The notes beneath the pieces were generated by a model that ran no database searches, was not told the DNA's origin, and saw only the letters and a list, made by a program, of their open reading frames with translations. The translations under genes were made by a program, and so were the position numbers. Shown piece by piece: positions 37,850 to 51,319 of a stretch of DNA of 64,000 nt (position 1 is the stretch's first letter; each line of letters starts with the position of its first letter). Source of the DNA: Lama glama (taxonomy: Eukaryota); assembly GCA_028534125.1 (NCBI GenBank), contig CM052839.1:10292001-10356000 (forward strand), given 5' to 3'.

Positions 37850-39150
37850 TCCCTTGGCTAATGGTCATATATGGTACAAATATGTTTCTGGTTTGCTACT
37901 TATATTTCAAACTTATTTTTGTTGTTGTAAACTTTTGAAAGTTTGGGTAATCATATTTGTCAATCTTTCTTTTATACTTTCCAAGCACTCCGGTCCTGTG
38001 TGTTCTCTATTAATGTCTCTCTCGCTTCCCCTGCTTCTGAATGATGCTCAGCTGCATCTACAAGGTATGGTTCATGCCAGCCTCCCCGCCCCAATGGTTC
38101 CTCTGCATTCTGTGGTCGGACTTTAGTAAGCAGTCTCTTCACATACTAGAAATGGAGCTGATACACTTGCTGGATACTTGTTTGCCCATAAACACTTCTT
38201 CTCTTCCTTTTTTTTTTTTTTTTTTTTTTTTTTGGTCTCTGCATTCTATTGATAGCTGAGCTGGGTATAGAATTTCAGATCCAAAGTAGTTGCTCCGAAG
38301 AAGTTTAAATATTTTGCTCCTCTACCATAACTCGGTGTTGCTGACCAGAAGTACATATTAATATGCTCCTCTTTCCCTGTGAGCAACCTCTCTTTTCTCT
38401 CTGGAAGCTTTAAGCACATTCACTTTATGCTTTGAGTGAGGAAGTCTCAGCAGGATATGTTTATGTGGGACTTTTTTTCCTCATTTATCCTTCTCCATAT
38501 TCAGTAGATGTTCAGTCTTAAGAGTCAGGTCTACTCTCAGCTCAGGGAGCTTTATTTTTTTCTTTAATGCCTGTAATTATGCTGTATCTTCTTATGCTTC
38601 TGTTTTCTCCTTCTAGAAGTCTTTTAGATTGCTGTCAGTTTTCCTAGATTGGACATTCATGTTTCCTAACTTTTCCCTTACATTTTATTTATCTTTTTGC
38701 TCCAGGTTCTGAGAGATTTCTTTGATTTTATTTCCCAGATTAAAAACCTAATCTTCATCTCTGTACAATTGATTATTCAGCCTCTCTAGTGAAATCTTTA
38801 CTCTTGCAGTAATACCTTGATTTTGAAAAATCCTTTCTTATTCTCTGACTGGTAACTTTTCAAAAGAAACTGCTCTTCATTTGTAGTTACAGTATCTACC
38901 CAGACCCATAGACAAAAATCAGAATGGTTTTAAACAATCCTCATCTTCTTCCCGAATTCTATTTCCCCTTCTGGGATTATTTAGTTTGTGTTTACTGATC
39001 CTCCTCTTTCTCTTTCATGCTTCTGAGTTTTTAAAACACTTGCAGTCCTTGTTCACACGTGCTTTATATTTTTCTATGATGAGCCACTTTGCTGTGTGTA
39101 GATAACTGGTGTGCATTCCCTCAGCAGTTGTGTACATCTCCTTCATAACA
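37850..39150 (-). mobile_element. HAL1 / old L1 relic
   Basis: GCTGGGTATAGAATTTCAG...TCTCTCTGGAAGCTTTAAG...TCAGCTCAGGGAGC antisense L1/HAL1 motifs. Confidence 0.65.
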
Positions 39151-39394
39151 GGCCTTTTCCTTAAACAGAAGGACCAAATGTGAGCTTTCAGTCAGCAAGC
39201 ATAATTATAGGCAGGCTCCCTTTTAATGTTTGGGGACCAAGAATAAGAAAACAGGCTAGGGGCCCCCTCAACTGTCAGTGCAATGCTTCCTGAGAATGGA
39301 GACCCTGACCGCTCCAGTTTTGCTATTTTTCTTGCAGTCCTCAACACCCTCACCAGGAGTTCTCCTAGGGCAGGATAGATGTAAGTCATTTGTT

Positions 39395-39885
39395 TATTTC
39401 TCCTACTGAAAGGTGGAGCTTGATCCCCACTTTCCTTGAGTCTGTCTCTGATTATTCTGATCCATAGAATACAGTTGGAAGTGGCACAGTCAGATCTGGG
39501 CCCGGACCAGCTCTCACCTCCTGTCTCTTAGAACGCTAGCTCCAGGGAAAGTCAGATGCAGTGTGTAAGAAGTCCAACTCCCTGGAGACCACCGTGCTGT
39601 GAGGAAGCCAATGCTAGGCACATGGAGAGGCAGTAGGGAGAGACAGAGGCCTGACCTGGCCCCAGATATCCGAGCCGTTTGGGTGGCTTGTGCCCAGGCA
39701 CTGGACCCATGAATGAGGAAACCTTCAGGTGACTCCACCAGCCCCGTACCCCAAATCCCTGCACCTACATAAGAGACAGATCATAAAACTGAGCCCAGTC
39801 AACCCACAGAAAGATGAGAGATGATGACACATAATTGTTTGTAATCATTAAATTTCAGGGTGGCTTGTTGCCAAGCAATAATAGT
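39395..39885 (+). mobile_element. MLT1H-like LTR
   Basis: GTAAGAAGTCCAACTCCCTGGAGACCACCGTGCTGTGAGGAAGCC...CTGAGCCCAGTCAACCCACAGAA. Confidence 0.8.
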
Positions 39886-41796
39886 AATAGATCACCCATT
39901 TCTTGTAGTAGCAGATCAGCTACTTTAATAGAAAGCAGTTTTGAAGCATTGGCCTGAAGATAAAAGCCGTGGCTGTCAGCCACTCTGTTTTAGGGAAAAA
40001 AGACCCACTGAAATAGTCTTTGAAAGGCAGCTCTTCAATAAAAACCTTGAAGATGATCTGTGGCCCACTGCATTTGGGAACTCTAACGTGGACCTTCTCT
40101 GGGCTCCTCCGAGGTGACCGTTTAACACGAGAGCCTTGGACTGTGGTTTCTTCCGGTTTTTCTGTCAGTCAGATAAAGGCTATATTGTATCCTCCAGACT
40201 TCAAAATTTAAGAGTTATTGATGGTATCTATTTCTTTTCCCCTGCTCTGTTACATCGTGTGTGTGCACGTGCACACGTGTGTGCAATTTCATTGTAAACT
40301 TGGAGGACTATGGAAGTAGCAACAGGTGCTCAGGCCACCATCTTGAACTGGAAACTTAGTAAATTCCTAAACAGAAGGAATCAGCGATAAGAGGGCTCAT
40401 CTTGTATTTTAGAGAGCTTAGCAGTACTGGGCAAGTGAAGAGTGTACCATCTGCTAATGCCCCATAAAAGCAATTATCTGGGGAAATTTATGCAAAAGCC
40501 CACTTACATGAACACTCCCAAGGGAGAGGCGTATGTTTCCCTGTGTTGCCACGGGCTGGCTCGCCTCTCTCACACACACACTGGAGCAGCATAAAGGGCT
40601 GGATCAGAGGGTAGAGAAAAAATAACACGAGATTTTATGGCCGGCATGAAAACCACGGCGTTAAGTTCTTAATATTTTTGTGAATCTAAAGTGTCGGTCT
40701 TTTATGTAGCAGACCCTTTGGTGGGGAGAGCAGAGCAGCAGAAAATACCAACTTTTTGCTTGACACGGTGGAGGGGACGCAGTAACTCTTTCAAAGTGAA
40801 GCACTATGAGGCAAGGCCACCTGGCTCGTGTGGTCCAGGTCGAAGCCCTCCGCAAGGAGCGGGATGTGTGCCAGGGAACCAGCGCCTGGGATGGCTTCTG
40901 GGTGGCGCGGGAAGACTTTCGCTAGCTCTGGTGGCCTGTCGTGCTTGTCAGAAGCTTCTTCAGGGATGCAGACAGCTCTTCGCTGAGATTTTAGAGTCTT
41001 CATTGGCTTCTGTTTCTGTGTTTAACGCAAGAATCCTGTGGTCTAAAGTCTGTGGGGCTGACTTTGGACAGAAGGGGGTATGGTCCCGGGGCGGGGGGAT
41101 TCTTAAGGACGAACATGGAAAATGAAAGAATTGGACAGCTTTGGTGGGTCACCCTGAAATAGACAGGTTTCTTGGGAGGGTTACAAAGGGGGGTGCCTCT
41201 CAGAGCTGTTGCAACTCGAGTGTTCATTGGTGCATTTATTTTTAAGTGTGATGGATCGTGCAGTCGGTGAAGCAGTGGTGGAGGGCCACAGGCAGCCCCA
41301 GCCTGTTCTCTCATCCAGACCTTTCAGTTCAGGCCAGAACCTCGAACCTTCCGTTCAGCCTTACACTCGACCGCTCGCAATCTCCTTAGAAGGCCATGGA
41401 CTGTCTCCAGCAGTGTTATTTGTATTATTATTATCTGGACAAGCTTCTTGGATGTTTACCCCCTAAGAACTCATCAGAATGTTCCTTCCAACTCACAGCT
41501 CTTCCTAAGAACATTCTAGGAAATCTATTATTCTCCACTCTGTTTTATTTTCAGTGATATTTTAGTGGTGCTCTTAGACACATGTCCCATATAAATGTTC
41601 CATTGGCCTGTCTGTTAATCTGGTTGTGTTCGAGTCTGACTTTCAGAAGTGAGTCAGTGAAAGCTTAAGAAGGATCAGACAGAGCTCCACCTAAAAGTCA
41701 ACAGTGCTCAGGATATGCCAATGTTAAAACCTTTTAAGACTCTTTCTGTCTGGGCAGGCTTACCACAATTTCCCCGCAACTCCCTGCTTCCTGTAA

Positions 41797-41950
41797 CAGT
41801 TATTTTCAAACTTTAGTGGGCCTAAGAATCACCTTGAGAGTTGGCCAAGAAAATCAGATCCCTAGAAATTCTGCTTTGTTGGCTTTGGAATGAGGCTCAG
41901 AAGTCCTATTTCTGATAAGAACCCCGCCCTAGTAAATTCTGATGCAGGGA
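41797..41950. mobile_element. MER5-like hAT element
   Basis: CAGTTATTTTCAAACTTTAGTGGGCCTAAGAATCACCTTGAGAG...AAATTCTGATGCAGG. Confidence 0.7.
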
Positions 41951-43319
41951 GAGCATTGACTTCGCACTAAGAATTAACAGGTCCAGATGATACAAAATGA
42001 ATCTTACTTGACCTGGAAAGCTGGGTGCGTTTACTGAAGATGAGGAGGGGATTTTTAAAAAGGGGCATTGTGTAGCTACATCCTTTCCTGCAATGGAGTA
42101 TAGAGGGATGAACCCCAAAGAGAGGTGTGAATGGTAGTTAACAAAAAAGAAAGGGCAAATCAATCAATCAATCACTGGCAGTTACATATTACAAAAAAGG
42201 AGAGACTTGGGGATAACTGGGTATGCTTAAAAATAATCCTAGAAGAAATGTTCCTATAGGAGGCACCTGAGAACCATGAAAAGAGATGGTGAACTTCAGG
42301 AAGAAGAGGATTCATGTGTTCCTCAGATTGGCCCAGGGAATGAATGAGCCCCCCAGAGGGATTCTGTCCTTAGGAGAAACATCATAGAAAATGAAAATGG
42401 GAAGGGATCAGGCAAAAATTTGTTACATCAAGCAGGTTTTATCTCTACCTCCAAGCCTGATCAATTGGTAGTGGCTCCCTGGAGCACTTTATCAAGAGAG
42501 ATTGCGAAGTCATTTCCAGGCTTAGCAGAAATGTGCGTGTTGATTGATTAGTTATGTCTGACACGGGCAAGGAGAAAGAATCAGATGCATCCTTGCAGAT
42601 GCTGCTTAGTCAGTGATTGTGAAGTTATCCAAGTTCCACTGCAGGAGGAAGACTCAGTCATTCCTGGCAGGTACCATCTCTTTCCTGCTATTTCCAATTG
42701 GGGAGAGGTTTTCCACGTGAACAATCATCTAAACATGTTGTGGTATTATGTTTACACTCCTCAAGACGGCTGCCGTGCTGGAACATCTCAGGTGCTTCCC
42801 TGCCCCGGTGGAAATTCAGACCTGTTGTCCCTGTGCAGCCTCCACTGCACACTTTCTTAGCTGAGTCTTCCACACCCTTTGCTTTGCCCAGTTTTACAAG
42901 AGAGAAGGAAGGGCAGGAAGCAGTGGTGCCTCTTTCTTGCTCCACTCAAGGCCTCAATTGCCAACCATTGCCACTCCTGCCCCAGCGATCTCAAGATTTC
43001 AAACACACAAAAATGAGCTGTACTTCATAAAATGACTGGGTGTGCCTGCCTTCAAAGAGCAAATGCTATTTAAGTACCTACTTAAAAAACAAAAAAAAAA
43101 GATTGGTGTGTTTATATACAATTGAGAGGCTAATTGCCAATCAACCATGTCTATTCATTCAAGAGCGTGCCTGTCAACACTTGGTTGGCCTAATTTGACT
43201 TACTCTGGAAAGAAACTGCAGAATAAAAGAAATGCAGATTTTTCCACAGTTCAGGTTTACCTTTCTCTGCTTTAGTAAAATTTTGTTTTAGTAGCTTCCT
43301 TGTGTGTCTCCCTACCCCC

Positions 43320-43783
43320 CGACACTGCTTTCTTTCTGACGGCTCCCAGTTCTGGGTGGGGATGCATGTTGGCGTAGGGAAGCTGGTTTCACCCCAGTTC
43401 CAGAGAGGAAGCATGTAACCAGTCAGGGCATTTGCTCTGCCTGGCTGCAGTGATTGGCTCAGTGGTGGGCACGTGACCTTAGCCATCCAGTCAGAGCAGT
43501 ACTTGGGACTTTTGCTGATACCATCTTTACGGCACCACTGTCTTGCTGCAACCGTGTGGCTTGTGAACGCTATCCTAAGATGAAGAGGAGAGCCAGCCTT
43601 AGGAGAATACAACTCAGAAGAAAATGTCGTGAGAGATAAAAAAAAAAAAAAGCCCCTGGTGACATTATTCAGCTGCTGTACCTGTGCATTTTTCAGGCAA
43701 ATGAATCAGTGTATCTTCTCTATCGTTAGAGCCAGTTTTAATTAGCGTCTTTCTTCTCTGGTCCTTGTAACGCTAGCTGATAC
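43320..43783 (+). mobile_element. MLT1J/K-like LTR
   Basis: CAGTGATTGGCTCAGTGGTGGGCACGTGACC...AGCCAGTTTTAATTAG...CTGATACA. Confidence 0.7.
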
Positions 43784-44879
43784 ACCTAGTTCATCTGAAT
43801 CAGGAGAACCCATTTCATCAGCACCATCTTTGTTTTTTATGACTCAACTTTTCCTTTTCTAATTTTCTTTTGTGAATGAGATTTGGGAAGCTGGATAATA
43901 AACAGCTGATAATGATTGGGATGAAACTCTCAGTCATGTTCCAAGGGGTGCTTTGGGAAAGAATATGCATCTCCTGAATCAATACCATTTACATGATGCT
44001 AACAGGAAGGGAATGAGAAATAGGCTGGTTTTGTTGCAGAGGAAAATGCCTGTGTACTGTGGGGAGGAATTAATTATGCAAAATAGTGAAATATGTGCAG
44101 ACAAATGCTAATTTGTCAACCTGTAAACCTGATCTTCCTAAATCTTAGTTTGCAGTAAATTGAGTCATTTTCAAATATATTAGGCAAATGAGCTGAAACC
44201 CTAGTATGATGTGTGTATTTAATCCCGATGTCTAAGCACGTACTCCTTTCCATGGGATAGGAACCCTCTGACCTCTGGGGCCAGATTTTATTACGTCTTC
44301 TGTAAATACATCAGTGAATATTGTAGCTTCTTGTTTCTGCCGCAGTAACAGCATAGCTGCTCAAGGGCTAAAACAGGATAATGAAATTGAATCACAGATT
44401 TACACGTGTGAGGGGGTTGCAGAGAAGAGTACCCAGCGAGCTTTCTAGGCAGCACCGGAAGTGAGTGCAGTGACCTTTGCACTAATACACCCTTAGGAAT
44501 TTCCCTTGCAGATCAGAAAAGAAAATGTAGCAAGCTCCCTGAAGACAGTTCAAGGGGGAGTAACTAAAGACAGACTTCTCCTGGATGAGTAGCTTCAGAA
44601 GAAGGAATCCAGGAGAGGAATGGACGGAGTCTGCAACAGTAAACTGCTGGTGTGGCGTCGCCTTTGATCACCTTAGGAATGCAGTTAGCCATGTCTGGAT
44701 GTCACGGTCTAGACCCTAGATGGTGGGCGAGGGTTTGGACTCTAATGCCTCTTGCATCCAGCCACCTAAGAGCCCCAGAGTCCCCCGTGGAAGTGAGCTA
44801 GCCCTGCAGGAAGGACATAGCAGCCCTGGAAATTTGAGGGCTCCTCTTGGAGCTGCCCTTGGTTGTTTAGACACTTCAG

Positions 44880-45317
44880 TGGTAAAGGAGAAATTAACAG
44901 ATGTCTCATAAACATTGTTGATGGAGCCATTGAGAGGACAAGACCCCCGGTGGACCTGCAAGCTGGACTGGGGGCAATGAGAGGCGCCTCACCACGCCCC
45001 GTCCTTGAATGTACATTCTGCCCACTGTTCCCACAGTGGGAGCTGTTTTCAAGGACGCAGCCTTGAGAGGGTAATGTGTGGCTATAATCACCTGGACTGT
45101 GTACACAGCAGAGCCCAGTTAAAGCCTCTATATAAATTTCTAAGATTCTGGTGGGCAGCTGCGGAGGTCTACTCATGTGTGGCTACAGGTCCACGATAAG
45201 CCTTGAATGTAAGTTCCTTGGTTTATTAAACCTGCCGTTAACCAATCTGGAGTGCTCTGTCTCTTTCCTGGGTCTCTCCTTGTGCTCTGCATACAGAGGT
45301 AGTTTGGGATTTCAACA
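44880..45317 (+). mobile_element. Probable ERV solo LTR
   Basis: TG...AACA ends, TATATAAA at about 45129, ATTAAA at about 45225, U5-like T/C-rich end; no clear TSD. Confidence 0.65.
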
Positions 45318-45799
45318 GGGGCATCTCCAGAGATTGCGAACCAACAATTGTACTTTTTGCAGTCATCTTGGGTAGGAGTAATTTAAGTGTTAAAAATGAA
45401 ACAGGAGGAAAAAAGTAAGGCAGGGGCGCTTAATTCCTTTCTGTCTCCTTGTCAACATGGAGCAGGTCTGATGAGGGAGCCCCCATTACTGGATGCCAGG
45501 AGTCCTAACGGCTTTGCTTTAGGTGAAGAGATTTTTCTGCTCTTTCAAATGCAGCTCCCCCTGATGCCACCGTCACCAACTCACCCCTCCTCCCCTCCCC
45601 ACCCGACTCTGCCTCCCATGAAGGCTCGTTTCTCTTTTTCCAGTGCAGACAGTACAGCTGCAGTGCCCGTCTCTTAGGAAGCCATGCAGGGGTAGGAACA
45701 GCTCTGCAGGAGGTGTGGAGGCCCCTTGAGACTTAAGAAACTCTGGTCATCATTTATATTTAGAAAAGAATTTTTTTGGAGCCTCCTTTTTTAAGAAAG

Positions 45800-47035
45800 T
45801 ATTTTGATTAATGTACTTTTGAATATACACTTAATGCCCATGGTTTAACCTCCAAGTTATGAAATGATGTACCTAGAAAAAAAATCTCCCTTTCATCCTT
45901 GATCCTCAGCAAAAACCTTCCCCTTCCAGAGGCAAACTAATGTTATTCATCTTTTCTATATTCTCGCTGTGGAATTTTAAGCATTTACAGTTGGTGACAA
46001 GCATATACATAGTTCCGGTGTTACAGAAATGGTAATGTGTTATACACATTCTTCTGAATTGTTTTTTTACTTCCTATTCATGGAAATAATTTCCTGTGAG
46101 TATCTAAAGCACTTCCTTATACTTTTTCATGGCTGAATAGTATTCCATGATATGAATGTACTATAATTTCTTTAACGAATCCCCAGTGGATGGGCATGTA
46201 GGTTGTTTCCATTATTTTGATGTTCAAACAAGTGCTGCAGAAGATGACCTTGTCTGTGTATCATTTTGTACATGAATATGTTTAGAAAAGGACTAAATTC
46301 CCAGAAGTGGAATTGCTGAGTCAAAGGGAATGCACATTTGTAATTTTGAGAGATTTCTAATTGCCTTCCATAGAGGTTACACCACTTGCATTTCAACCAG
46401 TAGTCAATGAGAGTGCCTCTCTCCCCACACATTCAGTAGCATGATGTTATCAAACTTTTTGGTCACTGCCAATTTGAGTGGTTTAAAAAAACAAGACATG
46501 ACACTGTGGTTTTAATTCTCATTTATGTTATTATAATTGAGGTTCATAATTCCCAGGTATTTGAAGATCATCTTATCCATTTCTATAAACAATCTCTTCA
46601 TGCCTTTTGTTCATTTCTCTACTAACTTATTGGTTTTTTCTTATTGAATGGGAAGAACTCTTTACATATTGAGAAAATTAGCTAATCACCTGTGATTGAA
46701 TCACAAATGTTTTTTCAGGTTGTCACGTGTCTTTGATTTTGCTGAGTAAATATTTCCCCCTTGCAGACAAACATGTGTTTCCCTAGTGGCTAATGATGCT
46801 GGACATCTTTTAATGTATTTGCCTTCTGTGTGTTCTCTTCAGTGAAGCGCCTGTTCACATATTTTGCCCATTTTCAAATTGGAGATTTTTGCTTTTTGCT
46901 GTTGAGTTTTGAGTTTCTCTATATATTCTAGGTATTCTTTATCAGACTGTTCTTTGCATATATTTTCTTCCAGTCTTTAGCTGGTCATTTCATTCTCTTA
47001 ACAGTGACTTTCACAGAGCAGGAGTTAATTTTTAT
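45800..47035 (-). mobile_element. Old L1 (L1ME/L1MB-like) 3' fragments
   Basis: GCTGAATAGTATTCCATG...GATGGGCATGTAGGTTGTTTCC...CCCAGAAGTGGAATTGCTGAGTCAAAGGG. Confidence 0.85.
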
Positions 47036-47707
47036 GATAAGTTTTAAAAAAAATTTAGAACAAAAAATCAAGAAATATGTATACCACTCCAATGTGATGT
47101 TTGGAAAATGTACCCTTTTAACATTCTATAGGAAAGTGTCAATAGAAATTGAGAACTATAAATGCTAGACTAGAATTGTCTTCCCATTTTACAGATTAAG
47201 GATTCTGTACTTAGCCTTCATTTTTAGTTCAAGGACCTCTTCCTGACCCCACAGGGAACAAATTTCTGTGTGTAGTTAGGCAGCATGGTGTAATCCATCA
47301 CAATATAATTCTGCTGGTTGTTTTTACCATTTAGAAGCCATGTGAACCTTCCCAGTTCCCCAAATCAGTGGCTTCTTTCCTTCCTTTGAACTCACACATC
47401 ACTTTCCACCTGCCTTTTTAAAGAAAAAAACACTTAACATTCTCCCATCGAAGGTATTTATGATGTGATGTGATAAGAAAGGACCCTGAAGGCAGCCCAG
47501 CCAACCTATCCCAGCCTCGCAGCCTTGGCTGTAGAAAGGGACCATGTTTCAAGATCCAGAAACTGAGCACATGGAATTTTGAAAAGATGCAAAGCCTTAC
47601 AGAGATATTAACATGCAGTGGGATTTGATTATACGTTGAGAGAAGGGCCTTTATTGAAGAGAGATTATTATATGGAATCAAGGTGGTCTTGGACCCCTCA
47701 AGCTGAC

Positions 47708-47724
47708 TAGCGCCCCCTGCCTGA
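47708..47724 (-). promoter_or_regulatory. CTCF core motif
   Basis: Reverse complement TCAGGCAGGGGGCGCTA; motif only, binding unknown. Confidence 0.5.
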
Positions 47725-50700
47725 GATCTGAGCCTGCCTGCTATTCTCCAGAAAAAGTGGGCACCTGCAATCCAAGCCAGCAGTGCCCAACTCATTTCTA
47801 GACTTGCCTGCGTTGGTTCTTTGGGAAGAAGCTGAGCCTTGGCTGCCCCTTCTCCGTGCCCGGTATCTTGGAAGGCTCTGGAGGAAGGCACCTCTCAGAG
47901 CAGAGTTCTCCCTCGTCATGCCCTGTGATTTACAAATTAGCTCAGGCAGAAACATCCTGCCTACTTGGAGAATCCTGAAAGAAAGGCTGGGAGGGTGGCA
48001 GCGTTCCCTGGTGAGCCATCTCAGCCTTGTTTCCACTCCAGTGTCAGGAACAGCTCTGCAGGAGCCTGGTTAAGAAGCAGAGATGCTCTCTCTTTCCTGG
48101 GCCTACAATACCACGGGGAGACTTTGAGGGCCTGGGTTGCTGGCAGAGCTGTCCTGTTGAGCAGGGTTGCCCAGACCAAGAACCCTCAGCCCAGGAAGGG
48201 GCCAGAGAAGACTGAGTGGTCCAGAACCCCTGTCCCGGGGAAGGCACTTGGACAGAACACTTGGAGGAAGAGCCAGAGGTCTCGGCAGCACACGGGGACA
48301 GAGGAGGATGTGCTCAGCTCACCTCGCAAGGCTGCCATGATCTGTGGCTCAGGAGACACAAAAGAAGATCAGCAATCATCCTTCCGTATGTCTGTGATGG
48401 AGGGAAGGGTCCACGAGGGAGGCACGTCATTTGCCCCAAGGAGCCCACAGCACGTCCTGGGCGTGACTGCATCACCTGATGCCCTGCTGGTGTTTGATGC
48501 TGATGCTCTGTCTGAAGCTCAGGTGTCTTCTTTCTTGGCTGGGCTGGGACCCAGGCCCATCACTGATGCCTTGGCCTCCTCTCCTCTCTCACCGATGCTG
48601 CATTCCTCCCTGCATCTTTGTTGTTTCCTCCACCTGGGCCCTGGCCGAGGCTGTCCACCTCTCACCCTCTGCCATGTGGGTACCTCAGCCTCCTCCCAGT
48701 GGGCCTCTTGGCGCCTGGGGCCGTGTCCATACACCAGGGGGTGCGAGGCAGCTCGGGGAAACAAGCCAGACCCGCCAGCAGCCCAACCAGTGCTTCCACC
48801 TTCCCAGCTGGGCAGTGATGCCCCACGATGCCTTAATTCTGTCGATTATAACCACATAGACAGAGACGGTCTGGAAGGGGAAATAGGGTTGCTTGTTTAA
48901 TAGTCTCTAGTCTCTGTCCCCATCCTGCGTCTCTTTTGTCTCTGCTTCAGTTCCTCACCATCATTCAGGTCAGAGAGAGTGAGATTTTTTTGACTTCTCT
49001 CCTACCTGCTCAGACTTCCTGCACGGAAGGCTCTAGGAGCTGATTGGCTCAGTGTGTTAACTGGGAGCTAAGGAATTTAGAACATCCGCCCTGTCCCAGA
49101 AATGCCCGATCTCAACCCTGCTGTTGACTTGCGCGGCTCACTACTGTGAACCCCTTCCTCTTTGCCTCCCTTCTCAAGCCATCCTTGTGCATTCCCTGCC
49201 CATCAAACCAGTCCTCCCCGAGGCGGGATCACACCTTGAGCCTATTAGGGAGCAGGACTTGGACACAGACAGACAGAGGAGAAAAACACATTAATGTTTT
49301 AAAAATCTTGTCCCTATCATACAAGAAAAGGAGACTCTCTAACACACACTCACACACACATACACACTAACAACTCCCCTTTCTCTGTCCTGCTGACCCC
49401 TTTGGGGCTGTTATAGACCAGGAGGAAAAAAAACCCTCAGACAGGGACGCCAAGGAGAGCCTCACATCCTTCAATGGGGAAAGGGAAGGGGTTGTCTGTG
49501 CTCCTGGTGGTATCGTATTCCCGATCTGGGTACTGTTAATAAAAAGTATAAAAAGATATCCACAGCAGGAGGCCTTGGACAAGGCAGACCTCTCCTTTGG
49601 GGACCATATCGCCTGGCGCCTGTCACCATGGTCCACTCAGAGACCATGGCTTCGCCTGCAGGGCCCTGCTTCTCCAGCCCATCCTGGGCCTGAGGACCAC
49701 GGTCCCCCTTCTCCAGGCCTGCTCCCCAGCTTGGGTCCTTCCTGCACGTTGGTGCTCTCCTCCCCTCCTGCTGCTCTCGGTGATTTCTGTCCCTTGCTCA
49801 TCTCCCTGGTCCAGCCCCCTCAACCTGGCCCAGCCTGGATTCATCAGCGAAGACATCCGCGTGCTTTCCCCAGGCCCAGCCTCACCCTTCAATTCTGATT
49901 ATTCCGTTTTGACAAGAGCCAGCTTGGCTCATCCACATTCCAAGTGCTGCCTGGAATTTTATCACCAACCCAGGTCAAGTGACAGGCGGAAAAGAACGGA
50001 GAGAGCGGGGAGAGATGGGGCGGGGATCCACGGCTGTCCCGTTTCGAATAAGACAGTCCTGAATTTCAGTATCTTTAAAAAAAAAATCCTACTTTTATTT
50101 GGAAAGATAGGTAACAAGCCCCAAACGGCGGCTGCCTCAGGATTTGGGAAGGAAGCGCTCTAGGTGGGTTTGGGGAGGGGATGGTATACTTGTTTCAGAG
50201 ACTTTTAGCTTCACCTGTCATGTTTTAGTTTTTTAAAAAAGAAGAACGTATTCACATGTTACTTGGGAAATTTAAAGATGATAAACAAGAAGTTTCATAA
50301 TTTTTTTGAAAAATAAAAAATTGACCAAAGACGCAGCGTCTCCGTAGATAACCTGACTGATGAATGCTGGTGGAGACCCACCTTGTCTGGCCCGTGCACC
50401 GCACCCTGCACGCCTTTGCATCTCTAGCGTGAACCACGGATGAGGACGCGCTCTTGCCCCACAAGAACGGTTTGCTGAGCCGCACGTAAAGGAACTCATA
50501 AGCTTGCTCAGGGGTGGTGACCTGAAGGGTGGCGAGCAAAGAAGGAACAACTGAGTGGAAGTGAAGACAGAGGACTGCGCTCTCTCTGGGATCCCTCTGC
50601 TTTGCGGGCCTGAAGGGCAAGGTGTTGGGGTGCTCATTTCCCGCCCCCTGGCTCCCCCCTAAGCTGGCTCTACATGCGGTGGCCAGGAACACATCGAGAA

Positions 50701-51319
50701 AGTCTTCTTCGAAGTCTCTCTGCTGATGGAGAGCAGGCATCGTTGCCATCACGGAGAAAACGTGTTCCCGGAGCCACCGGGCTCCAACCCACAGACTCGC
50801 CGAGGGCTGGCAGACCGCGTGTGAGCTGCGCCTCGCTCCCAAGAGTATCCAGATTGGGGGTGGGGGGCGGTCACCCCCTCCTCTTTAAACTGCTGTTCCT
50901 CTCCATTTGCTGCTGCAGATGCCAACACAATTCTTGTTGCATTAATTTGGCTGAGAAAGCGAGGAGACGGCAGCGGCGTTAGTTAAAAGTAATCTGCCTC
51001 CCAGGAGAGAGGCTGAGCTCACTCCTCCCCTTCGTCCTCCTCCGGGCGGACACTCATAGGTGCCGGGGAGGGGGGACGTGATGTTCAGGAGAACCATGAG
51101 AGATTTCAGAGGAGGGGCTCGGACGGTGATGGAAATCTTCCATCTGACAGGCATCCATAAGGCAGAGTTTGAAGGCACTAAAGAGAATCATTTAAAAAAA
51201 AAATCAGGGGGAAATAATCGGATTCCTAAAATTAGAGTGACCACTGGAGGGTTGTGGGGAAGGGAGATAAAGAAATACTTTTAAAAAAAAATCAAGAGAA
51301 GTAAGACCATTCTTCAGGA

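Noticed and set aside
40261-40276. 16-bp perfect palindrome GTGTGCACGTGCACAC
   Set aside because: Lies in a low-complexity TG/CA alternating tract where such palindromes arise easily
47965-48900. 311-aa ORF, the longest outside the CpG island
   Set aside because: Non-ATG (TTG) start, no recognisable domain, and Ser/Pro/Gly/Arg-rich composition typical of a chance ORF in GC-rich DNA
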